Of a stretch of DNA of 60,249 bases, positions 52,679 to 60,249 are shown in pieces. How positions within the stretch are numbered: the first letter of the stretch is position 1; each line of letters begins with the position of its first letter. The DNA comes from a virus. Below the pieces are notes generated by a model that made no database searches, was not told the origin of the DNA, and saw only the letters and a list, made by a program, of their open reading frames with translations. The position numbers were made by a program, and so were the translations under genes. The stretch spans positions 1 through 60,249 of IMG/VR virus record IMGVR_UViG_3300037510_000266; one strand, 5' to 3'.

Positions 52679-52749
52679 TGCCGATTAGCTTAATTGGTAG
52701 AGCAACGCCAGTGTAGCGGTGTATGGCGGTTCGAGTCCGCCATCGGCAG
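52679..52749 (+). tRNA. tRNA-like gene with an 8-nt anticodon loop
   Basis: Acceptor TGCCGAT/ATCGGCA, D-arm GCTT-AATTGGTA-GAGC, T-arm GGCGG-TTCGAGT-CCGCC. The anticodon stem ACGCC/GGTGT encloses AGTGTAGC (8 nt). The variable region is only 2 nt. Confidence 0.5.
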
Positions 52750-52751
52750 CG

Positions 52752-52922
52752 ATGTTGTATGCATTGTTCGCATTGCTCGTCGTGATCGACGGAATCGCAT
52801 GGTACGAGATATATACCATCGGCGGATGGTGTCTCGTCGTGTTCGTCATCGGATGCGGATTGGCGGCGATGGCGCCGATTATGTGGTGGATACATCGATA
52901 TCCAGAGGTGAGGCGACGATGA
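52752..52922 (+). CDS. Small two-TM membrane protein
   Basis: ATG at 52752, just after the tRNA-like gene. MLYALFALLVVIDGIAWYEIYTIGGWCLVVFVIGCGLAAMAPIMWW.. Confidence 0.5.
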   Translation: MLYALFALLVVIDGIAWYEIYTIGGWCLVVFVIGCGLAAMAPIMWWIHRYPEVRRR

Positions 52923-53173
52923 ACGATATCATTGAGCGCAGATGCACAGGAAAGCGACGCTACGGCGATGAGTCACAGGCGAATCGCGCCGCTGCGCAGC
53001 TCGGATGGAAACATCGCGAAATGATGACGTCATACGCATGTGCAGATTGCGGAGGATGGCATCTCACGACGGATAAGCGCGGCTCTAACCCACGCCGCGA
53101 GTTTCGTGATGCGCCGAAGTTGCCGCAACGCGTGCGTGATGCGCGAGAACGTGATCGACGGAGACGACGATGA
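52919..53173 (+). CDS. Zinc-ribbon protein (C..K..Y...Y.C..CGGWHLT type)
   Basis: ATGA overlap start, 84 aa. RRCTGKRRYGDESQANRAAAQL..TSYACADCGGWHLTT, with a basic C-terminus. Confidence 0.55.
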   Translation: MNDIIERRCTGKRRYGDESQANRAAAQLGWKHREMMTSYACADCGGWHLTTDKRGSNPRREFRDAPKLPQRVRDARERDRRRRR

Positions 53174-53331
53174 TTAGCGATAGACGTGCGCGCGAACGGC
53201 GAAAGCGATTTGCGGTTGCCGAGATATCGATCTCTCTGTGCATCGCGCTGTCTATCGTCTTTGGTCAGGTAGCGTCGTGGATTATCACGGCGATCATGGT
53301 CGCGGTGTCTGTTATTATGGTGCCTGACTGA
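53170..53331 (+). CDS. Small membrane protein (53 aa, below ORF-track cutoff)
   Basis: ATGA overlaps at both ends. Hand translation gives MISDRRARERRKRFAVAEISISLCIALSIVFGQVASWIITAIMVAVSVIMVPD. Confidence 0.45.
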   Translation: MISDRRARERRKRFAVAEISISLCIALSIVFGQVASWIITAIMVAVSVIMVPD

Positions 53332-53735
53332 TGACCAAGCACTACACACAGCTCTCGCGATGGGTGCAGTCCGAGATGATGGAGCACGCCTCGCTCCTGA
53401 CGCGTATGCGCGAGCGGCTCGTCGCTGGGCTCGAGGAGCAGCCGGCGGCGGATCGCGATGGCAACGCCTACGTCAAGCCAGCGGACGTCACCGCCGCCGG
53501 CGTGCCCAATAACGATTGGTGTCGTGCGTACACCGGCTATCGCGACGGATTTAAAATCCTGATGGAGGAACAGCGCAAGCGCGACGAGATGGTGCTCATG
53601 GCGCGCAACAAGTCACAGACGCCGATGACCGATGAGGAGTATACGGAGTCGATGGCGGTGCTGATGAACGAGGCCCTCGCGATGGCGAGCGATGACCAGC
53701 TGCGCGAGATGTTAGCGAAGAGGAGCAAGTCGTGA
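53331..53735 (+). CDS. Hypothetical protein
   Basis: 134-aa ORF in the pre-terminase gene string. Confidence 0.55.
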   Translation: MTKHYTQLSRWVQSEMMEHASLLTRMRERLVAGLEEQPAADRDGNAYVKPADVTAAGVPNNDWCRAYTGYRDGFKILMEEQRKRDEMVLMARNKSQTPMTDEEYTESMAVLMNEALAMASDDQLREMLAKRSKS

Positions 53736-53929
53736 GCGTAACCGATGCACGAATGGAGTACGATCGCAATCCGCATGATCGTCTCGAGCAAATCGAGTCT
53801 GCGGCACGCGCGCTCGTTGAAGATCTCAAGCGTCGTGGTTCGTATGGACACGAAGCAATGCTGATGATGAAGCTCGAAGCGTTGCTCGACGCAAAGCCAG
53901 GCGCTGTCTCGTGGAGGAGCAAACCATGA
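53732..53929 (+). CDS. Hypothetical protein
   Basis: 65 aa, GTGA overlap start. Confidence 0.5.
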   Translation: MSVTDARMEYDRNPHDRLEQIESAARALVEDLKRRGSYGHEAMLMMKLEALLDAKPGAVSWRSKP

Positions 53930-54051
53930 GTCGCAAGCTCTCCGCCGGAGAACGTGCTGTGTGGGCCGCTGAGTTCGTACGCGTCATGGCGGATCACAGC
54001 CCGGACGCAGGACGATGGGTCGATGAGGCTGCAGCCACGCAGCCCAGATGA
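53926..54051 (+). CDS. Hypothetical small protein (41 aa)
   Basis: ATGA overlap start. Hand translation gives MSRKLSAGERAVWAAEFVRVMADHSPDAGRWVDEAAATQPR. Confidence 0.35.
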   Translation: MSRKLSAGERAVWAAEFVRVMADHSPDAGRWVDEAAATQPR

Positions 54052-54103
54052 AGTCTGGTGATGAGACGATGCGCTCGATGCTGCACGACATGGCAGGTGA
54101 CAA

Positions 54104-54625
54104 GTGACGCGCATGGTGCTCTACGTCGCAGCGCCGCTTCGGCCGACGGAAGAGGAGATTGCGGCGCAGTCAGAGTACAGCGTCGAGCGCAGTCGCGGCG
54201 AATACGAGCGCGATATGCTCACGACGCGCTCTCGTGCTGAGCGCGCCCAGCTGGCGACACACGCCAATCTCGAGCGCGCGATGCGTTGGCTCTCGTGGCT
54301 ACGTCGTTCGTTCCCCGAGGTAACGTTCATTGCGCCGTGGATCGCGGCGGTGTTGGCCGGCGCCGCTGACGCGGACGAGGCGCAGCGCGAATCTGGACTC
54401 GTCGATGATTGCGCCGTCGTCGAGCGCTGCGATGGGATCGTGCTCGTCGGCGCGCGCGTGAGTGGTGGGATGCGGCGCGAGATGGAGCACGGCATGCGTC
54501 GCGACGGATTCAAGATGTACGATCTGACGTGTTCTTGGAATCCGGATACACCGTTAACCAGCACGTTGTCGATGATGGAGTCGCTGGAGTGGCTCGCTGA
54601 TGTCGCTGCGAGGTTTTGGAGATGA
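54104..54625 (+). CDS. Nucleoside 2-deoxyribosyltransferase-like (DUF1937/DUF4406-type) protein
   Basis: N-terminal VLYVAAP and later FIAPW...CDGIVLVGARVSGGMRREMEHG follow the pattern of this Rossmann-like family. Confidence 0.4.
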   Translation: MTRMVLYVAAPLRPTEEEIAAQSEYSVERSRGEYERDMLTTRSRAERAQLATHANLERAMRWLSWLRRSFPEVTFIAPWIAAVLAGAADADEAQRESGLVDDCAVVERCDGIVLVGARVSGGMRREMEHGMRRDGFKMYDLTCSWNPDTPLTSTLSMMESLEWLADVAARFWR

Positions 54626-54939
54626 GCGGATTCATGATCACAGAAGAGACGCCATATGTCGATCCGCATAGCCGCGGAACCGGCAGCATCGTCACCGAGC
54701 GCAAGGGATACGTCTTGCGCACGCGTGGAGAGCACAACCGACTTGTGCGCCACGACTATCGTTGCCCGGTGCACGGAGTTTTCGAGGAGATGGTGCCGAG
54801 CGGCGATGTGCCGGATGCAATGCCGTGCTTCGTGACCGTCGTGACAGATGAGCATGGCGCCGGTCAATGCCATCAGCGAAGTCCGTGGCAGTATCCGACG
54901 GTGGCGCAGGGAATCAGTGCTGGGAGCGTGAAGACATGA
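54622..54939 (+). CDS. Hypothetical protein
   Basis: The ATG at 54622 overlaps the upstream stop (ATGA). 105 aa. Confidence 0.5.
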   Translation: MSGFMITEETPYVDPHSRGTGSIVTERKGYVLRTRGEHNRLVRHDYRCPVHGVFEEMVPSGDVPDAMPCFVTVVTDEHGAGQCHQRSPWQYPTVAQGISAGSVKT

Positions 54940-55163
54940 CACGGTTCGCAGACGAGGCATACGACGCTGTGTCCAGCGAGCAGCAACGTGTTCGCGATGA
55001 GTTGATTGCCGGCCTGCGCGAGGATCCGCTTCGTGCATATGTGAGTTTCGATGACCGCGAGGTGATCGATTTGGTGCAGTTGATTATCGGCGATGTTCGT
55101 AAGTATCGGGCTCGTGCCGATAGGCTACAGAGGGCGCTAAATGATGCGCGAGCGAAGTCATGA
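54936..55163 (+). CDS. Hypothetical protein
   Basis: ATGA overlap start, 75 aa. Confidence 0.5.
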   Translation: MTRFADEAYDAVSSEQQRVRDELIAGLREDPLRAYVSFDDREVIDLVQLIIGDVRKYRARADRLQRALNDARAKS

Positions 55164-55345
55164 GCATGCCGTGGCCATCGGCAACGCAGCTGGACGCGCT
55201 CAAGCGCATCGCTGCGACGAAACGCAAGCCGTTCGAGCATGTGCTCGAGTCGTGGAACGAGCGCGCGGCGATACGCGAATACGACGGTGGACAGTCACGC
55301 TCGGATGCCGAGCGTGATGCGATCAAAGATGTGGAGCGCATGTGA
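55160..55345 (+). CDS. Hypothetical protein
   Basis: 61 aa, ATGA overlap start. Confidence 0.5.
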   Translation: MSMPWPSATQLDALKRIAATKRKPFEHVLESWNERAAIREYDGGQSRSDAERDAIKDVERM

Positions 55346-55923
55346 CGTACAAACTCACGACAATCATCAGTGGCGGCGCTGTCGGCGCTGAACGTGGCGC
55401 CATCCGCGCGGCGATCGATCTCGATCTAAACTATGGCGGATGGTCGTGGCACGAGGACAACGTTCCAGACATCTACGTCGCTAGGTCGCGTCCGGCGGTG
55501 TCGCGCGCGCTGCAGCGCCGATTGAATGTGCAGGACAGTGACGGCACGCTGTTTGTGCTGCGTGTCGGCTCGAAGCCGATGAAGTTCATCGTCGATGCGT
55601 GCAAGCAGATGCGCAAGCCGGCGAAACAACTCCTCTTGCAGGATGGTCACGGTACGCGTATTCCGAGTGAAGTGCATGCGTCGTTGCTGCGCTGGATTGA
55701 CGAGCGTCGCATCAGTATCCTGAACGTCGTGGGTGACGCCGACGAGGAAGACGCGTATGATGCGATACGGTGGATTTTCGAGGAGCGTGCGAGTGATCCG
55801 GTGCAGGCCATCGCGGATGCGTCCGGCGAGTCGATGAATGGATTTGATGCGCTGATTCAGCTGTACAATCAGAGCATTGATGGTAACACTGACGATGAGG
55901 AGGAACGCAAACATGATGTTTGA
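55342..55923 (+). CDS. YpsA/SLOG-family (so-called molybdenum-carrier-like) nucleotide-binding protein
   Basis: N-terminus IISGGAVGAERGAIRAAIDLDLNYGGW resembles the SGGQTG.DRAAL..A...G...GGW signature. Acidic C-terminal tail. Confidence 0.45.
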   Translation: MTYKLTTIISGGAVGAERGAIRAAIDLDLNYGGWSWHEDNVPDIYVARSRPAVSRALQRRLNVQDSDGTLFVLRVGSKPMKFIVDACKQMRKPAKQLLLQDGHGTRIPSEVHASLLRWIDERRISILNVVGDADEEDAYDAIRWIFEERASDPVQAIADASGESMNGFDALIQLYNQSIDGNTDDEEERKHDV

Positions 55924-56092
55924 ACTAACCCCGATCCTGCATAACGAAGCCGAACCAGAGGCACGCTTTCGCTGTCGCCATCACATCGTGCTTGGTGGCG
56001 TCCGTTACGTCTGTGCGCGTACGACGTTGCACGGCGGCGCCCACGATGCACATCGCAAGCATCAGGCCGATGGCGGATTGGTGCGCTGGTGA
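55913..56092 (+). CDS. Hypothetical His/Cys-containing protein
   Basis: 59 aa from ATG 55913. Confidence 0.4.
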   Translation: MMFELTPILHNEAEPEARFRCRHHIVLGGVRYVCARTTLHGGAHDAHRKHQADGGLVRW

Positions 56093-56358
56093 CATCGCGG
56101 TCATGTTGCCCAAGATACGAGTTTGGTGACCGCACGCATGACATCGGTTGCAATCGAGAATCAGTAAGGACGAAAATTCTTAGATTGTTGTCTCTTCTCA
56201 CAGAAGAAGAATCGTTATCTCCGTCGATGATTGCTTCGGATATTGGATGTAAGATAGATACAGCAAGGAAGACGTTGCAGCGGGCGGTATCGGCTGGTCT
56301 TGTGAGTCGTATTGGTCATGGTATGTATAGACTTGTTAATGGTGATGTATGCCATTGA
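56089..56358 (+). CDS. Winged-helix-like DNA-binding protein (AT-richer segment)
   Basis: 89 aa. ..SPSMIASDIGCKIDTARKTLQRAVSAGLVSRIGHGMYRL. Confidence 0.4.
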   Translation: MTSRSCCPRYEFGDRTHDIGCNRESVRTKILRLLSLLTEEESLSPSMIASDIGCKIDTARKTLQRAVSAGLVSRIGHGMYRLVNGDVCH

Positions 56359-56846
56359 TCCGCCCACCATTCGCCGACGAGCGCGAGTACATCCTGCGAT
56401 CGTGGATCGAGTCGTATCGTTATGCGCCTGGTCAGCGCAAGCGACGCTGGCGAGACTACGAAGCCGAGCGCGAGCGCGAGTTCAACGATATTCTCGATCG
56501 TCGCGATACGATCGTGCTCGTGAAGGCCATCGGCGATGGCGAGGATGACGTGATCCTCGGGTGGATGTGCTACGCGCGCGGCATACACGCGGACGCCGTG
56601 CATTGGATCTTCACCCGGTACCGAGAATCACCCACCGGAGCGATCTTGCGCCATCGGGGGACGATGCGTGAGCTCATAGAAGCGGCGCGGATCAAACCGC
56701 ATTTCGCGTATACGTTCCGCGGCGCGTTGCCGCGTGGCCGTGACGAGGGACCGCGCATGTCGAGTGATGAGTGGATCGTGTCGTGGCTGATGCGACGTGG
56801 CATTGGCGCGGCGTACCTGCCATATAAGGAATGGAGTGGACGATGA
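56349..56846 (+). CDS. Hypothetical protein (possibly acetyltransferase-like)
   Basis: 165-aa ORF with only a weak resemblance to the GNAT layout. Confidence 0.5.
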   Translation: MPLIRPPFADEREYILRSWIESYRYAPGQRKRRWRDYEAEREREFNDILDRRDTIVLVKAIGDGEDDVILGWMCYARGIHADAVHWIFTRYRESPTGAILRHRGTMRELIEAARIKPHFAYTFRGALPRGRDEGPRMSSDEWIVSWLMRRGIGAAYLPYKEWSGR

Positions 56847-57214
56847 TCGACGATCCATGCGAGACGATGCAACGTCTCGATGACCGCATCGTCGAGCTCG
56901 AATCGGCGTTGCGTGGACTCGTCGAGCGCGTCGAGCGCGTCGGCGGATACGCGACGACGGAAGATCAGCTCGCGCTGTGGCGAGCGAAGCAGGCATTGCT
57001 GGCTCAATCGAAGGATGACCTCGCAATGTTTGAGTCTAAGCATGGCTCGATCGAGGCGCGCAGAACGTCTAGTGGAAACATCACGATTGATACGACGCAT
57101 ACGATTGGAGGATTGATACGTAATCTTGGATCGCATCCGTGGATCGAAATCGAGCGTGCGGATTTGGAGGATGCCATCGACGCTCTTACTGATATGTTAC
57201 CGCGATCGGTGTGA
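56843..57214 (+). CDS. Hypothetical coiled-coil protein (small-terminase candidate by position only)
   Basis: 123 aa, ATGA overlap start, directly upstream of the large terminase. Confidence 0.5.
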   Translation: MIDDPCETMQRLDDRIVELESALRGLVERVERVGGYATTEDQLALWRAKQALLAQSKDDLAMFESKHGSIEARRTSSGNITIDTTHTIGGLIRNLGSHPWIEIERADLEDAIDALTDMLPRSV

Positions 57215-59004
57215 CACTCGAGCTGCACATACTTCGCCTGGCAGAGGAGCGCCAACGCAAGGCCGAGGCTGCGGCCACGGCGGCGCAACGTGTCGCTTCG
57301 CTGGCGGCGATTGTCGAGGCTGCGGTGCGCATCCGTGCGCCCATGTACGCCAAGCAGATTCGTCTGTTCGGCGCCGACATGTCCCGGCCGCTCCGGGCGA
57401 CGAAGAAAACCCGTCGCGCCGGTGCCACCACAGGCGGCGTCCGTGAGCTCCTGGCGCGTGCCATTGAGTACCCTGGGTTTCGTGCGTCGTACGTGACCGA
57501 CACGCGTATCAACGCCCGGAAGCGCGCATGGGAGAGTGATACGAAATCTGGCTTCGTGGACGTGCTGCGCAAGGTGGCCGTGCCAGTCAAGCACCGGACG
57601 CTGGATGCGTATGACCTTGGTGGCGTCGTCGTAGAGGTCCGTGATGGCGATCTCGTGCTCAATTTCAGCAACGGATCGCAGATCGAGTTATTCGGCGCTG
57701 ACTCGCTCGGCGATCACACCGACATGCGCGGTGTTCAAAAGCACGTCATTTGGATTGATGAGGCGCAAGACTTCCCATACCTCGAAGAGTTCTATAGCGC
57801 CGTTGTCGTTGGATCGACGAATGACTGGCATGGCGAATGTTGGTTGACCGGAACGCCCGGTCGCGATCTCGTCGGCATGTTCTACGAAGTGACGAAGGAA
57901 GAGGAGCACGAGCGTCTACAGGGATGGGACGTGCACATCATCGAGAGCACGGATAATCCGTACTTTGGTGAAGTCATCGATGGGTATTACGTCGAAGACA
58001 ACTTCGCGCACGACCCGCGTGTATCGCCAGAGGAGCAAGCGAAGCATCGATGGGGTCCGTACGAGACGCGCGACGAAGCCGAGAAGCAAGCGGTGCACGT
58101 TCGGTGGCTCAATACCGTCGAGCACGCGCGCATCAAGAATCACTGGAAAGGCGACGAGCCTGATTTCATTCGCGAGCAGCTCGGCAAGTGGGTCAAAGAG
58201 GATGCACGCTACGTGTATCCGGTGCATGGCGTGCCGGATCATATTCTCGTCTACGCGCCGCAACGACTACGCGAGAACCCGATCGATGCATCGCATCCGC
58301 CGTGGTACGATCACGATGCCGCGATGGCTGATTTGCCGATGCCGCCGGTACGGACCGCGGCGTACCAGTGGTTGTTCGGTATCGGTGCGGATTTCGGCTA
58401 TTGGCCGGATCCGTTCGCGCTCGTCGTGTTTGCTTTCTGCTACCAGCTTCCCGACGTCTATGAGATGTTCTCGTGGAAGCATACGAAGGTGAACACCGAC
58501 GATCAGGGACGGTATATGAAGGAGTTGTGGAAGATCCCGCGTATTGTTAGCTTCGTCGGCGACGCGGCGGGGAAGCAGTCTGATTTCGCCGTATGGCAGA
58601 CGCGTATGAACATCCCGATCGAGGAAGCGAACAAGCGCGGCAAGAACGAACTCGAGGAGTTCCTGGCGAACGATATCCGGTGCCATCGTGTGCACTTCCG
58701 TGGCGATCCGGTGACGTCAAAGCCGCGCGTGTTGTCGCCGCTGCTGACCGAGTGCATGCATCTGGTGTATTTGCCGACAAAGCCGGGGAAGCCGCGCGAG
58801 GTGCACAAGCATCGCCGCGTGGCCGGCGTGATCCACGGGGACCACTGCGCGGATGGCGCGCGCTATTCGTACAATGACCTACGTCATTATCTGGCGAAGC
58901 CGCCGCCACAGGAGCCGGAACCCGGATCGCGCGAATGGCTCTTGGCGCAGCAAGAGCGTGAGCTGAGAGCGCTCGAGGATCGACAGCGAAGGGGCATGCA
59001 GTGA
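57211..59004 (+). CDS. terL: Terminase large subunit
   Basis: 597 aa. Walker-A-like KKTRRAGATTG, Walker B HVIWIDEAQDF, and a C-terminal nuclease-sized half. Upstream of the portal across the junction. Confidence 0.8.
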   Translation: MTLELHILRLAEERQRKAEAAATAAQRVASLAAIVEAAVRIRAPMYAKQIRLFGADMSRPLRATKKTRRAGATTGGVRELLARAIEYPGFRASYVTDTRINARKRAWESDTKSGFVDVLRKVAVPVKHRTLDAYDLGGVVVEVRDGDLVLNFSNGSQIELFGADSLGDHTDMRGVQKHVIWIDEAQDFPYLEEFYSAVVVGSTNDWHGECWLTGTPGRDLVGMFYEVTKEEEHERLQGWDVHIIESTDNPYFGEVIDGYYVEDNFAHDPRVSPEEQAKHRWGPYETRDEAEKQAVHVRWLNTVEHARIKNHWKGDEPDFIREQLGKWVKEDARYVYPVHGVPDHILVYAPQRLRENPIDASHPPWYDHDAAMADLPMPPVRTAAYQWLFGIGADFGYWPDPFALVVFAFCYQLPDVYEMFSWKHTKVNTDDQGRYMKELWKIPRIVSFVGDAAGKQSDFAVWQTRMNIPIEEANKRGKNELEEFLANDIRCHRVHFRGDPVTSKPRVLSPLLTECMHLVYLPTKPGKPREVHKHRRVAGVIHGDHCADGARYSYNDLRHYLAKPPPQEPEPGSREWLLAQQERELRALEDRQRRGMQ

Positions 59005-59282
59005 GCGATACGGACGATACACATCGAATGGAGAAAATGATGAAGCCCATCACCGACATCGACGGCCGAGAGATACCCGCACCGGAGCCAACGTCTGACC
59101 TCGCTAACCTGGAGCGATGGGTGATGTTCTGCCGGCGCAATCACATTCGCATCATGTCGAATGTACCGATGCGCTTTGGTAGCATTGTCGTTGCCATCGA
59201 AGATATGGATCTGCCGCGTCCTGCAGGATTGCCTGATTCTGATCTGGAGGCGTTGTCGCTGATCCGTGGATATGGCACATGA
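59001..59282 (+). CDS. Hypothetical protein
   Basis: 93 aa, GTGA overlap start. Confidence 0.5.
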   Translation: MSDTDDTHRMEKMMKPITDIDGREIPAPEPTSDLANLERWVMFCRRNHIRIMSNVPMRFGSIVVAIEDMDLPRPAGLPDSDLEALSLIRGYGT

Positions 59283-59836
59283 GTTACATCTACGGTTCGG
59301 TCCCGTTCTTCGAGTGTCTCGTGCGTGCGGAGTATACGCGTGACCGCAAGGATCGCCATGGCGAATATTATCCCGCCGTGGCGCATGCCGTGCGATGCGT
59401 ACGCGGCCATTCGTTGTGGTTCCAATGTATTTTCACAGAGCAACATGCTGGTGCGGCGTTCATGTTGCCGATCGAAGCGTTGGTGACTAAGCCATGTCCA
59501 GACGGCGAGCAACTGACGAGCTTCGTACAGCCGTGGGACGTATTCTCATCGGAGTTTGGCGTATCGCAGGATTCGTTCACGCATCGTGGTGCAGTGAGCG
59601 TTATTGTCGGTTCCGAGCGTCTTGCAGGTCGCTATCGCTTTACGATTGACTTCGCCGGTTCGGATTTGTCAGAGCATCCCGATCAGCATAAGCATCTACA
59701 CGTCGTGTTCCTCGATTCCGGTCACATCGGAGCATATCCGAACAATCGATTGCTGTGGCATGAGCCGGCATTCTGGAAGACGATGACGGAGAGGCCGGAT
59801 TTCTTGTCACTCAGCGGTGAATTTCGGGCAGAGTAA
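59279..59836 (+). CDS. Hypothetical protein
   Basis: 185 aa, ATGA overlap start. Confidence 0.55.
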   Translation: MSYIYGSVPFFECLVRAEYTRDRKDRHGEYYPAVAHAVRCVRGHSLWFQCIFTEQHAGAAFMLPIEALVTKPCPDGEQLTSFVQPWDVFSSEFGVSQDSFTHRGAVSVIVGSERLAGRYRFTIDFAGSDLSEHPDQHKHLHVVFLDSGHIGAYPNNRLLWHEPAFWKTMTERPDFLSLSGEFRAE

Positions 59837-59856
59837 CTCAAACATAAGAGGTAGGT

Positions 59857-60042
59857 ATGAGCGCAACAAGGATCGTTCGTAATCAGTTTACCAACAAGAG
59901 ACATGTTACGTATCATGAGCGCTGCATCGAGAACGGAGAGCGCCATATATCGTTTCAGAGACGTATCAGGGCAGCACGTTATGCGATAGGTTATCGCGCA
60001 ACGTCAAGCGATATGCATCATTTTGAGGGTCATAGCTATTAA
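59857..60042 (+). CDS. Hypothetical basic protein
   Basis: 61-aa ORF. GAGGTAGG lies upstream of the ATG. Confidence 0.45.
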   Translation: MSATRIVRNQFTNKRHVTYHERCIENGERHISFQRRIRAARYAIGYRATSSDMHHFEGHSY

Positions 60043-60047
60043 CTGAG

Positions 60048-60089
60048 GTCTGCAGGCCATAGTCTGCAAACCAGGGCTTGCAGCCCACA
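60048..60089. repeat. Three tandem 14-bp imperfect repeats upstream of the portal gene
   Basis: GTCTGCAGGCCATA / GTCTGCAAACCAGG / GCTTGCAGCCCACA. Confidence 0.7.
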
Positions 60090-60122
60090 ACAGACTCGGA
60101 TAATCTCGGTGCGTTGTCGCGT

Positions 60123-60249
60123 CGAGATCAGATCTGGTATCGGGCCAAGGTGGGTGAGCCGATCGGCGATCGGCTCTTACCGCTCGTTGACAAATTGCTC
60201 TCCATCGAGAGCGATTTTCATGCGAAGAATCTAGCTCGACAGCGGATCT
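60123..60249. repeat. Terminal direct repeat, copy 2 (circular-contig overlap)
   Basis: Identical to nt 1-127. Confidence 0.95.

Noticed and set aside
52694-52922. Long versions of ORFs 52694-53173 and 52719-52922.
   Set aside because: Both would read through the tRNA-like gene. Downstream ATGs at 52752 and 52919, with start-stop overlaps, are preferred.

Overview
The window is one complete, circularly closed tailed-phage genome. Nt 1-127 are identical to nt 60123-60249, which looks like an assembler overlap, so the unique length is 60,122 bp. The terminase-to-portal late operon runs across the window ends. The genome is high-GC with visibly AT-richer islands. I saw no tape-measure or sheath genes. 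The order portal, scaffold, capsid, adaptor, fibre, nozzle-like protein, then three giant ejection proteins is podovirus-like.

There are four transcription blocks:
- (i) + strand late, structural and lysis genes, 51944-60249 continuing into 1-24134.
- (ii) - strand recombination block, 24139-30162: Cas4-like exonuclease, Sak4-like ATPase, SSB.
- (iii) + strand replication and modification block, 30219-41702: Cro-like HTH, two SF2 helicases, MazG-like, N6/N4 DNA methyltransferase, DUF2829/Tad2-like, beta-clamp, HNH, VRR-NUC, TOPRIM-D5 primase-helicase.
- (iv) - strand accessory and early block, 41798-50971: ParB-like, Cys-rich small ORFs, lipoprotein, GNAT, wHTH.

There are two canonical tRNAs (Ile-UAU, Arg-UCU) and three atypical tRNA-like elements. 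I recognised no integrase, DNA polymerase, RNA polymerase, rRNA, CRISPR array or IS element. Most genes are coupled by ATGA/GTGA/TAATG start-stop overlaps. Several operon-first genes look leaderless (TTGACn-N17-TAnnnT-N6-ATG).

The most notable observations are:
- A low-GC ParB + R-S-ExE ADP-ribosyltransferase cassette sits in frame inside the 1210-aa ejection protein.
- An orphan double-glycine-leader, Cys/Thr-rich peptide gene lies next to a Ca-binding-type lipoprotein.
- Three tRNA-like genes have non-canonical anticodon arms.
- A GGTC-N4-GACCACA site occurs three times in the tail module.

All functional calls come from reading motifs and gene order by eye. No database search was run.
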